Part shown: in pieces, positions 12,250 through 24,910 of the stretch
Position numbering within the stretch: position 1 is the stretch's first letter
Layout: every line of letters starts with the position of its first letter
Assembly (NCBI GenBank): GCA_024137785.1
Contig: JAHRHZ010000062.1
Coordinates: 42,935,933-42,999,932 of the forward strand
Direction of reading: 5' to 3'
Source of the DNA: Ginglymostoma cirratum
Lineage: Eukaryota
Length of the DNA stretch: 64,000 nucleotides
Made by a program: the position numbers and the translations under genes
The notes under the pieces: generated by a model
The model's database searches: none
What the model saw: only the letters and a program-made list of their open reading frames with translations
Told to the model about the DNA's origin: nothing

Positions 12250-12830
12250 ATCTGGCTGTCTTCATGGACATTATGATGGCTGTTATGGAGAGCCAAGTGC
12301 AGCACCCTTAGTGTCTGCTGGACATACACATGGACCTGTATTTCATTACTGTAGCCAGTGGTGGTCAGCACCATCAGCAAGGTGACAGGAGGTAAGGGAC
12401 CTTGACCCTTATTATTTATGCAGCAGCTGATCATTATCCTGAGGAACTCGTATAGTGATGGCCTGGAGCTGAGATGATTGACCTTGAACAACCACAGTCG
12501 ACTTCTTTTGGGCTCAGTATGACTCTAACCTAGTGGAGAATTTTCACTCAATTCCCATCGACTCTGATTTTGCTGGAGTTTTTTGATGCCTTCCTTGGTT
12601 AATGAAGCCTTGATGACAAGGTCACTCACTCTCATCTCACCTCTGCAGTTGCGCATTTAGCCGTATTGGAACAGCTCAGTTGGGGGCACAGTTAGCTCTG
12701 GAACACAAGTCTTTATTGCCACTGCTAGAATGTTGCCAGGGCCAAATTCTTCCAGTATTCAGTGCCTCCAGCCACTTTTCCTGTATCATGTGGAGTGAAT
12801 CAAATTAGTTGAAGTCATGGATGCTGGGGA
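12250..12830 (-). mobile_element. Old LINE (CR1/L2 clade) fragments
   Basis: Patchy similarity to the LINE family also seen at 52595-53170 (gccttgatgacaaggtcactcactctcatctcacctct...). Confidence 0.45.
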
Positions 12831-15800
12831 CATCAACCAAAACTGCCAAATGTTTGAAGGTGGTTGGCCTAATGCAGGTGCAGAATCAATACTAAAACTT
12901 TCTGGTACTGATATCAATACCAGTGCATCAGCAGCATTAATACGCCAATTACCGATCTCTGTATACATCCAAGTAACACCAGACAATCCCAATATTGATA
13001 CAAGTGTATGTCCAGGATCAGTCACTGCATTATAGCTCCAGGGTTGGTACTGATATTCTAGTAATTAAAACATGCACACATCCAGGAGTATTACTGATAC
13101 ACGAGTTGGCTTGGATGAGGATTAATATCCCTTTTAATGGTTCTGATCGACATTCATGTACTAGTGCATATATGTGCTGGTCTACTAACCATACACATAT
13201 AAATTCATTTCAAACATTACAACTGAGATCAGTCTTAATCCAGGATTAATATTGCTAACCTTGTGAGTGACACCTAATCTGGAACCAGTACTGATATCCC
13301 AATCCTAGCCTCGATTGCTGGAGGAGCAACAAGGCGATCCTATGTACAAGTTCTAACTTCTGAGGACAAAGTCACTTAACTGCTCTTGATTTTAATGCAG
13401 AAGTAAAAATGTTGAGAAGCCTGGATGATGTTGATCAATGCAGGGTATTTATATATATGTGAACATGGGACCGGAGCCTGCATAAAATTAACAGCAGGAA
13501 TAGAGCTTTGAAATTGCAATAAGATTAGAGAATGACTCCAAAAGGAGGACAGCCGAGTTAAGAAAATGCAATTCCCATGTAAGGTTTGAAAAAGCTGTGC
13601 AGTATTGTAATGAAATGATTAGGCTGTTTTGCTCATTGAATAATTAATCCTACATTACATTATTACAACACTTTAAATGAGTTTCATTGACTATAAGGTA
13701 TTTTTGGACCAGTCATTGTTTTTTAGGAATCCGGACTATGAAATTCTGGTTTTCCTGCAGTGCATGTGCAACATGCTCCTACAACTCACAGGAAACAGTC
13801 ATTGTAACTGAGTCAGCTCCTTGAATGTCAGGATTCTGAAGGAAGCTGCACTTATATTGTATTACTGCTGTTACTCTCCACAATCAATTTTAATTTTGGT
13901 ACTCCCTAGTGTAGTAAAAGGAGCCACAGAGCAGGGTCAACCGGAGATGCCAGATAGCATAAAAACTATACTGTATAGAACAGTTGGTTAGAGATGCCTT
14001 ACGGTTAAAGGGCCAGACACATCTACTTGGCAACAAAAGAGGTTCACTGCATCCAGAACTATTACATTTGCTTTAGAAGGACCTACAGACAACATGCAAC
14101 ATAACACGGCACCAACTGGTCATTTAGCTAACTACAACTGCCGGCTTTTATGTCAAAGTTTCATTAGGTTTGTGCACTGGACACCAGCAGGATCACTAGG
14201 TTCCCAATATTTTACTCAACAGAAAGGAAACCAAATTTCCTTTCCCACCAAATAGAAATAACAAAATAATAAGGCTGTTGATTCCTGACTTTCAAAAGCA
14301 AAAGGACGGTTGCTGATACCCATGTTTCCACCCAGTTCTATAGCCACAACAGCCCATGCAAATATGAGAAGGGTCCTATTTGATCAGTGCTTAACTGAGC
14401 ACCAGCACAGCATCATACAAATCTACAAGTGCTTCGCAGGCAGCACCCATATTGCTCTCATTTGAAGGCAGTCATTTGAGCCTGGAAAGTGACAGAGACC
14501 TTTCTCAGCCTTAACACCCTTACTGAACTGATGGTCTCAGGCAAATAAGTCAACCTTTTCCCGTTTCCCTGTTTCACAGGCCATCAGCTGGAGTGTGGTT
14601 CCATGTGCAGTGCTCCCAGACATCATTTGCTCCTCAAACATTTATTTTGTCATCCACTTTGTTTTGCCAACTTTTCTATTAGTTAATTTTAGTGACAGAT
14701 TCAAACCTAGGTGTGAGTCAAGTTTAAAGAAAATATGATGGATGCTTTCAGAAGATCTGTTTAGGATTTGTGCGATGTAAAGAAGGGAAGTTCCCTAGTC
14801 TAAGACTGGAAAATGTAGCTGAGCCTTTCTGTTCCGCCTTTCTCATTAGACTATCTACTTTTGAAGAGGATTCCCTTCTGTTCAACGCAGCATGGGCCTT
14901 GCTTCCTCTGTACAATTTTTGTGTGTCTTTCACAGGATGCAGGTATCACTGATTAAACCAGCAATCGTTGCCCATTCCTTCCTCTGAGAAAGCGGTGATG
15001 AGTCTTACAAACACAACTGTCACAGTCCTGAAGGTGTAGGTAGACCCACAGTGTTGTTAGGAAGTGGGTATTACACTCAGCAATTTCTTTTCGTAATCAG
15101 CAAACTGAAGCAAGCAACTTTATCCTGTCTTTCAGGGTAATTACTGTGTCATTCTTGACCAAGTTTCCTTTGTAATAATACAGAACTTTGATTATTTAAG
15201 CTTGAAAAATAGCATTATGCTTGACCATGGCACAGGAGGATCTGCTCTGGCAACTGAGAGGCCAGGTAATGACAAATCTTCCAATGGAGACCTCTAACTC
15301 CTATTTGGAAAAGATTACTAGAGCATGAAAGCAATGCCTCATGAGCGTTGGCTGGGAGGTGGAAAATCAAGACATTCCAACAAACTTGACTTTAAAGGCT
15401 AAAAATAGCTAATTGCTCATATCAACTGAGAATATACATATGGGCAGCATCGTTTATGATGCAGAGAGAGCCTCTGCAGGAGGTGCACTAAAGGAGGTTC
15501 CTCATTTGGAACTGAAGGCCAAAGCACCTTCTTCACGCCATCCGGACATGGGGTCTACATGAATGGAGAGAGGTTGAAAATTGAGTTGATGCAACTTCTA
15601 TCAAATTCCAGGCGTGAAAGATGTTTGCTGCTGTCGTGACAAAAACAAACATAATTATTTTTACTGGCGTTGTTTGTAAGTGTCCTTATCTGTGGAAGAG
15701 ACTTAAACAGAACATCTGGTCTTTGTGAGTGCTCTAATACAGAAAAAGAAATCTGTTCAGAGCACATTAGGTGGAGCGCTTGGGCACATTCCATGACTCA

Positions 15801-15940
15801 TTTCCAGGGAAGGGAGGGGGAGGAGAGGACAGGGAAGAAATATTAACAAAACCAAGTACAGCTATATTTTTTAAATGTTCATGTTATTGCCAAACAAGTC
15901 TGTGTGGTGGCTAACATTTGAATACAATTGATCTCACCAG

Positions 15941-16042
15941 GTCGAGAGTGCAGTGAAGGACGTGTATGATTTTCTATATGATGATTTCATGAGAAACAGT
16001 TCCATTAATTCAAAACAGGATTTGATAGCCATTCACTCAACT
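15941..16042 (+). CDS. TSPAN32: TSPAN32 coding exon (likely exon 5; start of large extracellular loop): VESAVKDVYDFLYDDFMRNSSINSKQDLIAIHST
   Basis: caccag| acceptor, |gtaagt donor, 102 nt, phase 0/0. Gap-free match to recalled human VEDAMLDTYDLVYEQAMKGTSHVRRQELAAIQDV. Confidence 0.9.
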
Positions 16043-16382
16043 GTAAGTACTGGCATAAGCTGTTTCTACTGTCACATCAGATGTTTTAGAGATAGTGACT
16101 GGAAATTTTAAAACTTAAATATTGCAGAAATCTGACATGAAGACTTGCATTTATACTGCATCTTTGATGCAGTCAACTATCCCAAAGACCTTCTCAGTAC
16201 TATTATCAAACAAAATTTGGCACAAAGTTACGTGAGGAGATTCAAGGACAGATGACTAAAAGAGGCAAATTTTAGGGGGGAGCCAGAGTAGAGAACTGGG
16301 AAGACTTAGTGAAGGAATTCTAGAATGCTGTACCTCAGCAAGTGGAAGAATTAAAATCAGAAAAGCCCAGGAGGCCAAAATT

Positions 16383-16682
16383 ATAGAATCATAGAACGTT
16401 TACAGTGTGGAAACAGGCCCTTCGGCCCAACAAGTCCACACTGACCTGGACCCATCCCCCTATAACCCACCTATTCTACACATCCCTGAACACTACGGGC
16501 AATTTAGCATGGCCAATCCACCTAGCCTGCACATCTTTGGACCGTAGGAGGAAATTGGAATACCCGGAGGAAACAGACACGGGGAGAATGTGCAAACTCC
16601 ACACAGACAGTCTCCTAAGGGTGGAATCGAACCTGGGTCATTGGCGCTGTGAGGCAGCAGTGCTAATCACTGAACTACTTTG
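16383..16682 (-). mobile_element. tRNA-derived SINE (HE1/V-SINE-like)
   Basis: Minus-strand Pol III A-box GTAGTTCAGTGATTAGCA (16661-16678) and B-box GGTTCGATTCC (16623-16633), V-domain-like core (tgtgtggagtttgcacattctccccgtgtctg), and a CR1-derived tail ending in (ttctatga)n. Confidence 0.85.
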
Positions 16683-16759
16683 TTGTAATCTGGGAGGGTT
16701 GTGGGCTGGAAGAGGTTACATACATAGAGAAGGGCAAGACTACTGAGATGTTTGAAATA

Positions 16760-17340
16760 TGATGAGAAGACTGCTAGACTGGAATTTAATGTACATAAAC
16801 ACATGGTGATAGGTGAATGGGACTTGGTGCAAGTTGGGATTCAGGCAACAAAACTTTAGAGTTGCTCAGGTTTGTGGAGGGTATAAAGTGCGAGGCTGGC
16901 CTGGAAAATAAGGAAATAATCATGTCTAGATGTAACAAAGGCATTGGTAGAGGTTTCATCGTCAGATAGGCTTGTGTGGGGTGGAGGTGACTGTTGTCAT
17001 TGTAGTGGAAGGAGGAGATCTTGGTGATGGAGGAGATATGTGATAGGAAGCTCACTACAAAGTCAGATATGGCATAGAGGTTGAAAGTGGTATGGTGCAA
17101 CTTTATACATTTGCCAGGAAGAGGGATGGAGCAGATGACTAGGGGATCATCTGCGGTAGCAACCAAAGATGTGGTCTTCCTATTATTTATTTTACACAAG
17201 TTTCTGTTTACTCAGCATTAGATGTTGGACAAATGGGCAACAAATGAGATACAATGAAAAGGTTGAGAGTGGTGATACTGAGGTACAGTTGGGCCTGGTC
17301 AACATACATGTGGAACCAAAGAAAAGTGCCTGTAAAGATC
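16760..17340 (-). mobile_element. Decayed L2 LINE fragment
   Basis: Minus strand ~16900-16960 reads ETSTNAFVTSRHDY, similar to the L2 C-terminal motif ETLIHAFVTSRLDY. Confidence 0.55.
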
Positions 17341-17450
17341 TAGTGCTCTCTCAGATGTGAATTTCTCCTTTTCAAATGTCAATTTGAATCTGGAACCAAG
17401 TCAAGGGAATATACAGATGTCCAGTATCAATGCTGGTGGTTGACCCTCTG

Positions 17451-18427
17451 TCCACAACAGAGAAAAAGGCCAAAGATACAGCTGAGTATGAAGTGAAAGT
17501 GTTCCAAGTACCCATCGGATCTCTAAATGGTTCAGTTCAGCCAGTGTGCCCATCCAGTTCCTAATGCAAGAAGAAACAGAGAGAGAAATGCAGAAAACCA
17601 CACAGAATTTTATAGAAAGTGAAATGGATGATTGAGAAATGGGGTTAAGCTGGAATTTGAAATATTGTCGACAAAATCTTAAAATATTTATGTTTTAAAA
17701 ATGTATCATCTTGGAGAAATTTGACATTCTACAAATAAAGAAGTGACCTTCTAAGGCCAGAGATGTTTTATAAGTATTTATACAGTTACTACATTGTTAA
17801 AGACCAGTTACACCTCATGCAACATGGTGTAACTAATACAGAAGGAATATCGGTACAAAAAGGTAACTTTTCTTCAATTCAGTGATTTACTTGGTTGCCA
17901 TCAGTGGGCAGGGTGTTTCAATACTACACCCTGTGTGGAACATTGCTGTCATCTCTAGAGACTTCACTGCACATGTGCAGATTCCAGAGGTTGCATCACC
18001 ACTGCAAAATGTGAGCCATTTCCTTTCAGAAGGTTAAGGCCTTAAAGGACAGCTCAGAATAAAGTCCTGGTCAGTGCTGATTTAGCAAAGGCTTCAGTGC
18101 ATATGTTGAAATTGGATTCACCCTGCCAACACACATTGTTTAGGCTCATGCGTAGTAGCTACTGGTGACAAGCAGAATACTAATGCAGAATGCTGACACA
18201 GCATCAGAAATTGCCAATAATTCAAAAACAGGGAACATGAGTTGAGGAATTCCTGGCACCTGTGCCCCATTAAATATCATTTCTTCCAAGTTACAACACA
18301 CATGAATAAATCTTGCACAAGGAACTGGGCACACTGGCTGAACTGAACCATTTAGAGATCCAATGGGTACTTGGAATACTTTCACCTCATACTCAGCTGT
18401 ATCTTTGGCCATTTTCTCTGTTGTGGA
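17451..18427. repeat. Long inverted repeat: ~110-bp arms (17451-17562 and 18320-18427) with ~760-bp spacer
   Basis: tccacaacagagaaaaaggccaaagatacagctgagtatgaagtgaaag...cagccagtgtgccc is the reverse complement of 18320-18427 with about 4 mismatches and a 4-nt indel. Confidence 0.92.
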
Positions 18428-19300
18428 AACTATAAATTGCCAGTTCACAATTGTCAAAATGACAGCCTATTTGGCTATGAACATATTTTTAATGCCGCTC
18501 ATAGAAGGATATTATTGAGCAGTATATGTTTCCCTATTGTCATTCCGTTATTGCCTTCTTAATAATGGTGGAGACCAAAGTCGAGCAATGAAGAGTGAAA
18601 CAGCAAGCATGTAAAACTACAGGAAAACCAGATATTAACAACAGCCATCAATATCTGTTTGTAAGTGGCACATATCTTACAAGACACTGATTGAGATGTT
18701 CCCTTCACTGTGAAATTCTGGGTGCATTTTGCAACTTTCTGTTGAAATGTTTGTTCCATAGCTGTCAGAGCAACTCAACTTCACTGTCTCAATCAACTTC
18801 TAAGCTGTAACTTGAGATTTTTGGAGGGTTATTCAGAGCTGTGTTCTCCTGCATATGCAGTCAGTGACATTTTTGAAGCTGGGAGTTCAGTCATTTTGGA
18901 TGACTTCTGGGCTGTTCATATCTCTCATGATTTCTGCAAAGCTAAGGAGAGATAGATGGCATCTATGTTGTACTCTAGGATCAAACATTTCAAATTCCAC
19001 CCTCTGTCTCTGTATGCCAATGCAGCATGCAAGTAGATTATGATGAAAGTACATGTCGAGAGCAACAGTTGGCTGTCTCAAGACAACATATTGGCCAGAA
19101 GCACAAAGATTGTGTCTTGTGGCTTTTTTCACAGTTCCTCCCTGAGAATGCAACATAAACACGGAAGTTGCATCTACCGGGAGACTCCCATAACAAGTAA
19201 TTAGAACTGGCTAGAGGAGGTCACTGTGACAAATGTTTTGAGGCAACAGTGAACATTTATTAGGATTCTTCATAACTGTCACATTCTATTTGACAACTAA
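18130..19300 (-). mobile_element. Possible highly decayed hAT transposase remnant
   Basis: Frameshifted L(P)VTVAT-like motif at ~18150-18180 and a NPSMSGIKN motif at ~18490-18515. Weak evidence. Confidence 0.3.
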
Positions 19301-20320
19301 GGGAGAGGATTTCTTTCTATTCAGACAAATAGTTTGCTTGAAAGTATGATCCTGGAGGGCAATGTGGATGCCATCTATTTTTCTCTCTTAACTTTGCACG
19401 AATCAGCAGCATGAGAAAACTAAACAGCCCAGGAGTCATCCAAACATTTATAGAAATTCTTTATCTTATTATTTTACTGGCAAGTTTTCTCTTATACTCT
19501 TATTTTCTCTCTTTCTTTATCTTTCTTTGCAATTTTTATATCCTGCCCAATTATCTGACAATTATTCATTTTGTTTTATACTGTCCTTAACATTTATAAT
19601 TAACCACAGATTGTGAGTCTGCTCCTTGGAATTTTTTCACTGGAATATAACTATTCTGCATATTTTGAAAAATCACCTTAAATGTTTGCCACTACATCTC
19701 TATCCACCTATTCTTTAACATAATTTGCCAATTCTCTTAAGCCAGCTCTGTTTCAAGTGCTTATAACCTCCTTATTTAAGTTTTTTTTTTACAAAGTCTC
19801 AGATCTACTCTTCTCTCCCTCAGACTGAATGTAACGTTCATTAATATTATGGTTGCTGCTACCTAGGGCCCGTTCACCAAGAGATCGTTAATCTATGGCT
19901 ATGTTTGCTGACATGAAGAAACAGGGATAATAACAGAGAAATCTCAGAAATAAATTGAAATGAAGAATGACAGAAAAACTAACAAACCTTTAAAAATTAA
20001 AAGAATATACAGAAAACACATAAAGGTGAAAAATTTTATAAAAGCTTAAATAAAGTAGTTTTTAAAAGCCAATTCAAAATCGACTTTATATTGCGCATGT
20101 GCATTAAAAACAAAAACAGAGGTGGGTATGTGCCGTTGAATTTTATCATCAGATGGTGGGTGTCAGCAGACACTCTTAATCCATCCCATCTCACCGCACA
20201 ATACCAGGTCAGGTATAGCCTGCTCTCTGCTTGGCTCCAGAGCATATATAAGACATGATCCTGAAAACATTATGTGAAATCCTCATCCAGATGAACTTTG
20301 CCCATCTGACTTTGAGAGCT

Positions 20321-20426
20321 CTGAGTTCTTAGGAAGGGTCACTGGACCCAAAACATTAACTTTAATTTCTCTCCACAGATGCTGCCAGATCTGCTGAGCT
20401 TTTCCAGCAATTTCTGTTTTTGTTTG
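20321..20426 (+). mobile_element. Penelope-derived short element with decayed hammerhead
   Basis: agtt-CTTAGGA-a-GGGTC-actg-GACCC-AAAA-ca-TT-aact at 20324-20361. Flanked by an imperfect direct repeat, tgactttgagag / tgacttttgagag. Confidence 0.75.
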
Positions 20427-21078
20427 TGACTTTTGAGAGTCTTAGTTTAAAATGATCTCTATTTCCCTAGTTATCTAGTAGAACATGGTACCAGTACGGT
20501 TCAGGTGCAGACTGTCCCATTAGTCTAGATCACACTTGCCCTAAGCCCGGTGCTCATGCACCACGAACCAGAACCCATTTCTCCCACAACTATCTTTAAG
20601 CCACACATTTATCTCACTAATCCATATTACCTTATGCCAATTTGAAATTTCCACCGTGATATTGGGAGTTGAAACCTAGTTATGTGATTGGACCCTAATC
20701 TCCTTATATAAAGAAGAATCTCAAAAGTGTTTGCAGCCTGCTCAGGAGATCTGGATAAAATAGAAAATAATGGAAATGCCCTGAAAAATTGAGTTGTATG
20801 TCAGGCAGATAGGGTTATAATTTCCTCTAATCCATTGCATAATGAGGACAATATGGAGGGTTAGTGCATAGTATTTTTAGGTTGCGTTCAAAGTTGTCTG
20901 TGGTTAGACACGACTCAAACATTGATGGGGTGGGAATTCTTTCTAGTTGTGATGGCAATGGACTTAATGGAAGCATATCTGAAGCCCACCAACTAAGCCC
21001 ACTATTCTGGGTAAATGGACATCATTTGCCCTATACAGCTGCAGTGATTCAGAGTGAATCAGTGTCATAAATCTTAAT

Positions 21079-21250
21079 AGATAACAGTGTGGACCTTTGA
21101 GGAACAGCGGGCCAGGAAAATTTTCTGAAGAAGAGTCCCAACCTGAAAGGTCAACTTTCCTGCTCCTTTGATGCTGCCTGGCCTGCTGTGTTCCTCCAGG
21201 TTCACGCTGTGTTATCTCAGACTCCAGCATCTGCAGTTCTTACCATCTCC
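21079..21250 (+). mobile_element. Penelope 3'-end insertion with short inverted leader, 14-bp TSD
   Basis: TSD tcataaatct(t/c)aat at 21065-21078 and 21251-21264. Contains CTGAAGA...GAAAggTC with a degraded stem II. Tail matches 51191-51320. Confidence 0.8.
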
Positions 21251-22568
21251 TCATAAATCTCAATGTTGTGTTAGCTTCAGGGCAAAGGGATATAATAATT
21301 TGCAGCACATTTCTCTTATTCAGTGACACCTTAGTGGCAAAAACAGGTCTCTGAGATGCCCAGCTAGGAGTGCCTTGGTCTGTGAATACAGCCTCAGAAG
21401 CAATGACAGGTACCTGACAGAATAACTCCCTTCTTTCTCTAAGTCATGGAGTGCGCTATTATCCCTTCAGCGGAATTACTGTCTGTAGCATGTTGTTTAC
21501 TGTAAGTTCATTTGTTGAAATCATCAATACCATAGGCAAGTGCAATAAACAAGAGATGCTGAAATACAAAATTGGCACCCCTCCGGCAAAAGGAACAATT
21601 TCAATAAGCTGAAAGCCTTTTCCTGAAAAAGACAAAGTAAAATACACATTTTTATTGAGCTATGAATGGTGTAACTAGCTTCAAGGATCCAAATTCAGCA
21701 AACTGGTGAATTGGCAGTAAGTTACCATTCCTTTCCTATAGCACCTCATTAACACAACTGTTTTGCAAGAAAGTTGCTGCTAAGCAGCATATTCATTTTC
21801 TATTCCGTTGTTTTGTTAATTGTAAGTTGTGGCACGTGGATCCTGGGGCACATGCACACACATTCCCTAAATCCTGACCTTTGCTTTTCAAATAGAATGG
21901 CCCACATGACCACCAGGACTTTGCAATTTCAGATTTTATACAAGAATTTGAGATGGCTTTGTTGGTAAATGTGCTGCTCTATATGGTATAAAGACATAGA
22001 TGCCAGAAACTCCAGACTCTATCCCTGGACACTGCTGAGTAAGGAGATCCAATTAAGAACATAGTTGGAATAGCAGAGTTGGTACTAATGCCCTAGATTA
22101 GGAAAGAATTGACTATAATTCAAATGTATGTGGTGTGTGGGTGTTGATGCAGGAATTAACTATGTCTGGCTGTGATGCTTTCAATATATGAATATCTTAC
22201 TGATTCTCTATGTTTATATGTATGCAGACCGAGGAGAGGTACCAATGCACTGACAATGACAACAACAAAGTCAGAGCTTCCAGGATCAGAGAAAAGAAAA
22301 GTGAGGAAATTAGGGGTAAAAAAACCAAATGCTTTCAAACTTTCAATTCTAAAGCACGGAATAAAAGTTTAGAAATGTATCAATGAAATTGTACACAGTC
22401 AGAAGTTACTCAAACCTGAATCATTAGAAAGTATGAAGCCTCACTTTTACCATGGGATTTTATCAAATTTCTGAATGCATATGCTGCACAAATCTCAGGA
22501 CTACCAAATCTGTAGTAATTTATCATGAGGCATAGCTAATTAAACAATCCTTTTTTATTCTCTCATAG

Positions 22569-22655
22569 TTTCTTTGCTGTGGAAAGAACTCAACATTTAG
22601 TCACTACAGTAGTGTGGAGAATGAAACATGCTTTGCAGAAGGTACTCACCTAAAG
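22569..22655 (+). CDS. TSPAN32: TSPAN32 coding exon (likely exon 6; CCG motif): FLCCGKNSTFSHYSSVENETCFAEGTHLK
   Basis: Polypyrimidine tract plus catag| acceptor, AAG|gtatgg donor, 87 nt. Carries the tetraspanin CCG signature and matches recalled human FLCCGKKSPFSRLGSTEADLCQGEEAARE. Confidence 0.93.
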
Positions 22656-22696
22656 GTATGGCACGAACTATAACTAAAGAGAGTGTTAAGGATTTT

Positions 22697-22944
22697 GTCC
22701 ATGATTACATACAGCTATAGGGACCATGTCTAGGATTACAGTCAATTATAGGGACAATAAACAAGATTACAAACAGTTGCAAGGACCATGGACACAACTA
22801 CGGACAGCTATAGAGACGATGTCCAGGATTACAGACAGCTATGGGCACCATGTCCAGGATTACAGACAACTATTGGGACCATGTGCAGGATTACATATAT
22901 CTATAGGGACCATGTTCAGGATTAGACATAGCTATAGGGACATG
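22697..22944. repeat. 31-bp minisatellite, ~8 diverged copies
   Basis: Consensus ggaccatgtccaggattacagacagctatag, in register at 22721, 22752, 22783, 22814, 22845, 22876, 22907 and 22938. Confidence 0.92.
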
Positions 22945-23674
22945 AGTTGAGTTGCAACACTCTACACAAATGTCAGGTATGTGGCTGCCCACATAGGCTA
23001 GGAACTCTAGTCTTCCCCAAGAGAACTTATTTTTGTAATCCTTAACCCTTTTACATGGTACCATATATGGAAAAATATATTTAAGTTTAACTTTATTTTG
23101 GTTGCAAGATCTTCTCTGTCCTATACTAACTCCCATCCTCTAGTTCCCCACCTTTTCTTGCACATATCTGAATCTCATTAAGCATTACCCACCTCCAGTT
23201 TAATGCTAGGCCCCACTGATGATAAGGAACCAAGAACACACACTACAAGTCCCCCACCCCACAACTTATCATTGGCAAGAGGAGGTTTTAACCCAGACCA
23301 AAATCATCTCCTTCCATCTCTTCCAAAAACTGCCAAAAAATATCAGGATCAAGCATAGACTTACTCCAGTGGTTAGGGCTTAGTCCTAAATTAACCTTGG
23401 GAGTCTTGGTATCTGTTATATCTCTGAAATAACATTCTAATGAGCTGAATAACTAGGGAAGAAGGCAAAACTAAATAGTAGGGGGAAGGGATAAAATTTA
23501 GGAGAATATTGTAATCAAAGACTAGAAACAAGCTGATAGAAAAAGGTATTCATGTGGGAAATAATAGACAGTGACAAGAAGGGACAGTATTTTTTTCTGA
23601 GCCGATGTTATAGCTAGACAAGTCAGATCCCAGACTGAAATCTGGCCTGACAGATCAGACGAGTCTAATTATGT

Positions 23675-23751
23675 GTCACTGGACTCAAAATATTAACTCT
23701 GTTTTTCTCTCCACAGATGCTGCTGAGTTTCTCCAGCACTTTCTGTTTTTG
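23675..23751 (+). mobile_element. Penelope-derived short element, decayed
   Basis: gtcactggactcaaaatattaactctgtttttctctccacagatgctg. Similar copies at ~33948-34035, ~38862-38955 and ~46355-46510. Confidence 0.65.
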
Positions 23752-24826
23752 GTTGAAGAAAGGGATACCAATTTATACAGCATGAGAAGAGGGTACTGAT
23801 GTCCATGGTATATAAATGCTGTCCCTTTTTTACCCTCGATAAGTGGAAGACGAAGAGCTTAGACTTCTTGTCTCCTTTTAGAGATGTTCAATTTCTGTAT
23901 TACCAAGCAATTATATTTATACCTGAGCAATTGTTGGAGCTCTGGTGGAGCAGGCTCAAGGGGCAAGGTGGCCTATTGCTAGTTCATAAATTTGATCTGC
24001 AGTGACATTGTTGTGCAGTCAAACTTGTCAGCCATTCTACACATAGTCAGAATCACATAAACAATAATGAAATTAAAAACCTTTTTGATGGTGTTGACTG
24101 AGGGACATACGTTGCTCACATTACTGAACGCATACTTCTCTGCACAGTGTTACCAGATTACTATCAGACAGGTTTGGTTATCTTATGTTTAATATCTCAC
24201 GTAAAGGATGGCATCTTTTGGAATAAAGTACTCCCTCAGTAGTGCATTGATACATTAACCTAGGTAATCAGTTCAGATCATTAAGTAGAATTTATATTCA
24301 CAAAATCCTGTTAACATAATGGTGGATGCTCAAAATCCTAGGGAAAACTTAGGAGAACTGAACATGGAAATGCTAAACCTATAGGTTCCAAGTGCAACAG
24401 TAGGGTGATGAGCACAAATGAGATGAGGAGCCTTCCCAGAACGGCAGCTGTGATTGCACCCAAAATAAAATTTGGACTTTTCTGCTCTTTAGCACCCTGG
24501 CACCCCCCTCTCTTGTGCCCATGATCCCTTTGCTCCTCTCTGATTCTACCCAGTTCTCCACTCTCCGTGCTGAAAAAAATGCCCAAATTACAGCAGGTAA
24601 ACTGCAACACTTTTTGGCATTTGCCATCTAACCATGCAGCTCCACTCTCTCCACCATCTGGTGAGAGTCCCACCGAGACCACCAGAAAGTTCATATAAAA
24701 AGCCAAACTAATCTTATCTGGTAAGGTCAGCTCGTTGGTGCAGAAACGTATTGATAAAAATTGGGAATGAAGGCATTGCTTCTGCTTTCAGGTGTGAGTT
24801 TTATAACTATGTGTTTTGTCCATTAG

Positions 24827-24910
24827 GATTGTCTTCAGGCAGTGGAGAATCGGATCACTAGTGACATGATTATCATTGAAGCACTGACACTATTGGTGGG
24901 AACTGTGATG
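24827..24910 (+). CDS. TSPAN32: TSPAN32 coding exon (likely exon 7; end of EC2 and TM4): DCLQAVENRITSDMIIIEALTLLVGTVM
   Basis: cattag| acceptor, |gtaagg donor, 84 nt. Matches recalled human DCLQGIRSFLRTHQQVASSLTSIGLALT. Confidence 0.9.

Noticed and set aside
12830-13330. Faint periodicity (gtactgatat recurring at ~12905, ~13047 and ~13289)
   Set aside because: I could not define a consistent unit. It is probably an old degenerate minisatellite.
16610-16682. tRNA gene
   Set aside because: The A and B boxes belong to a SINE head followed by SINE body and LINE tail, and there is no complete cloverleaf.
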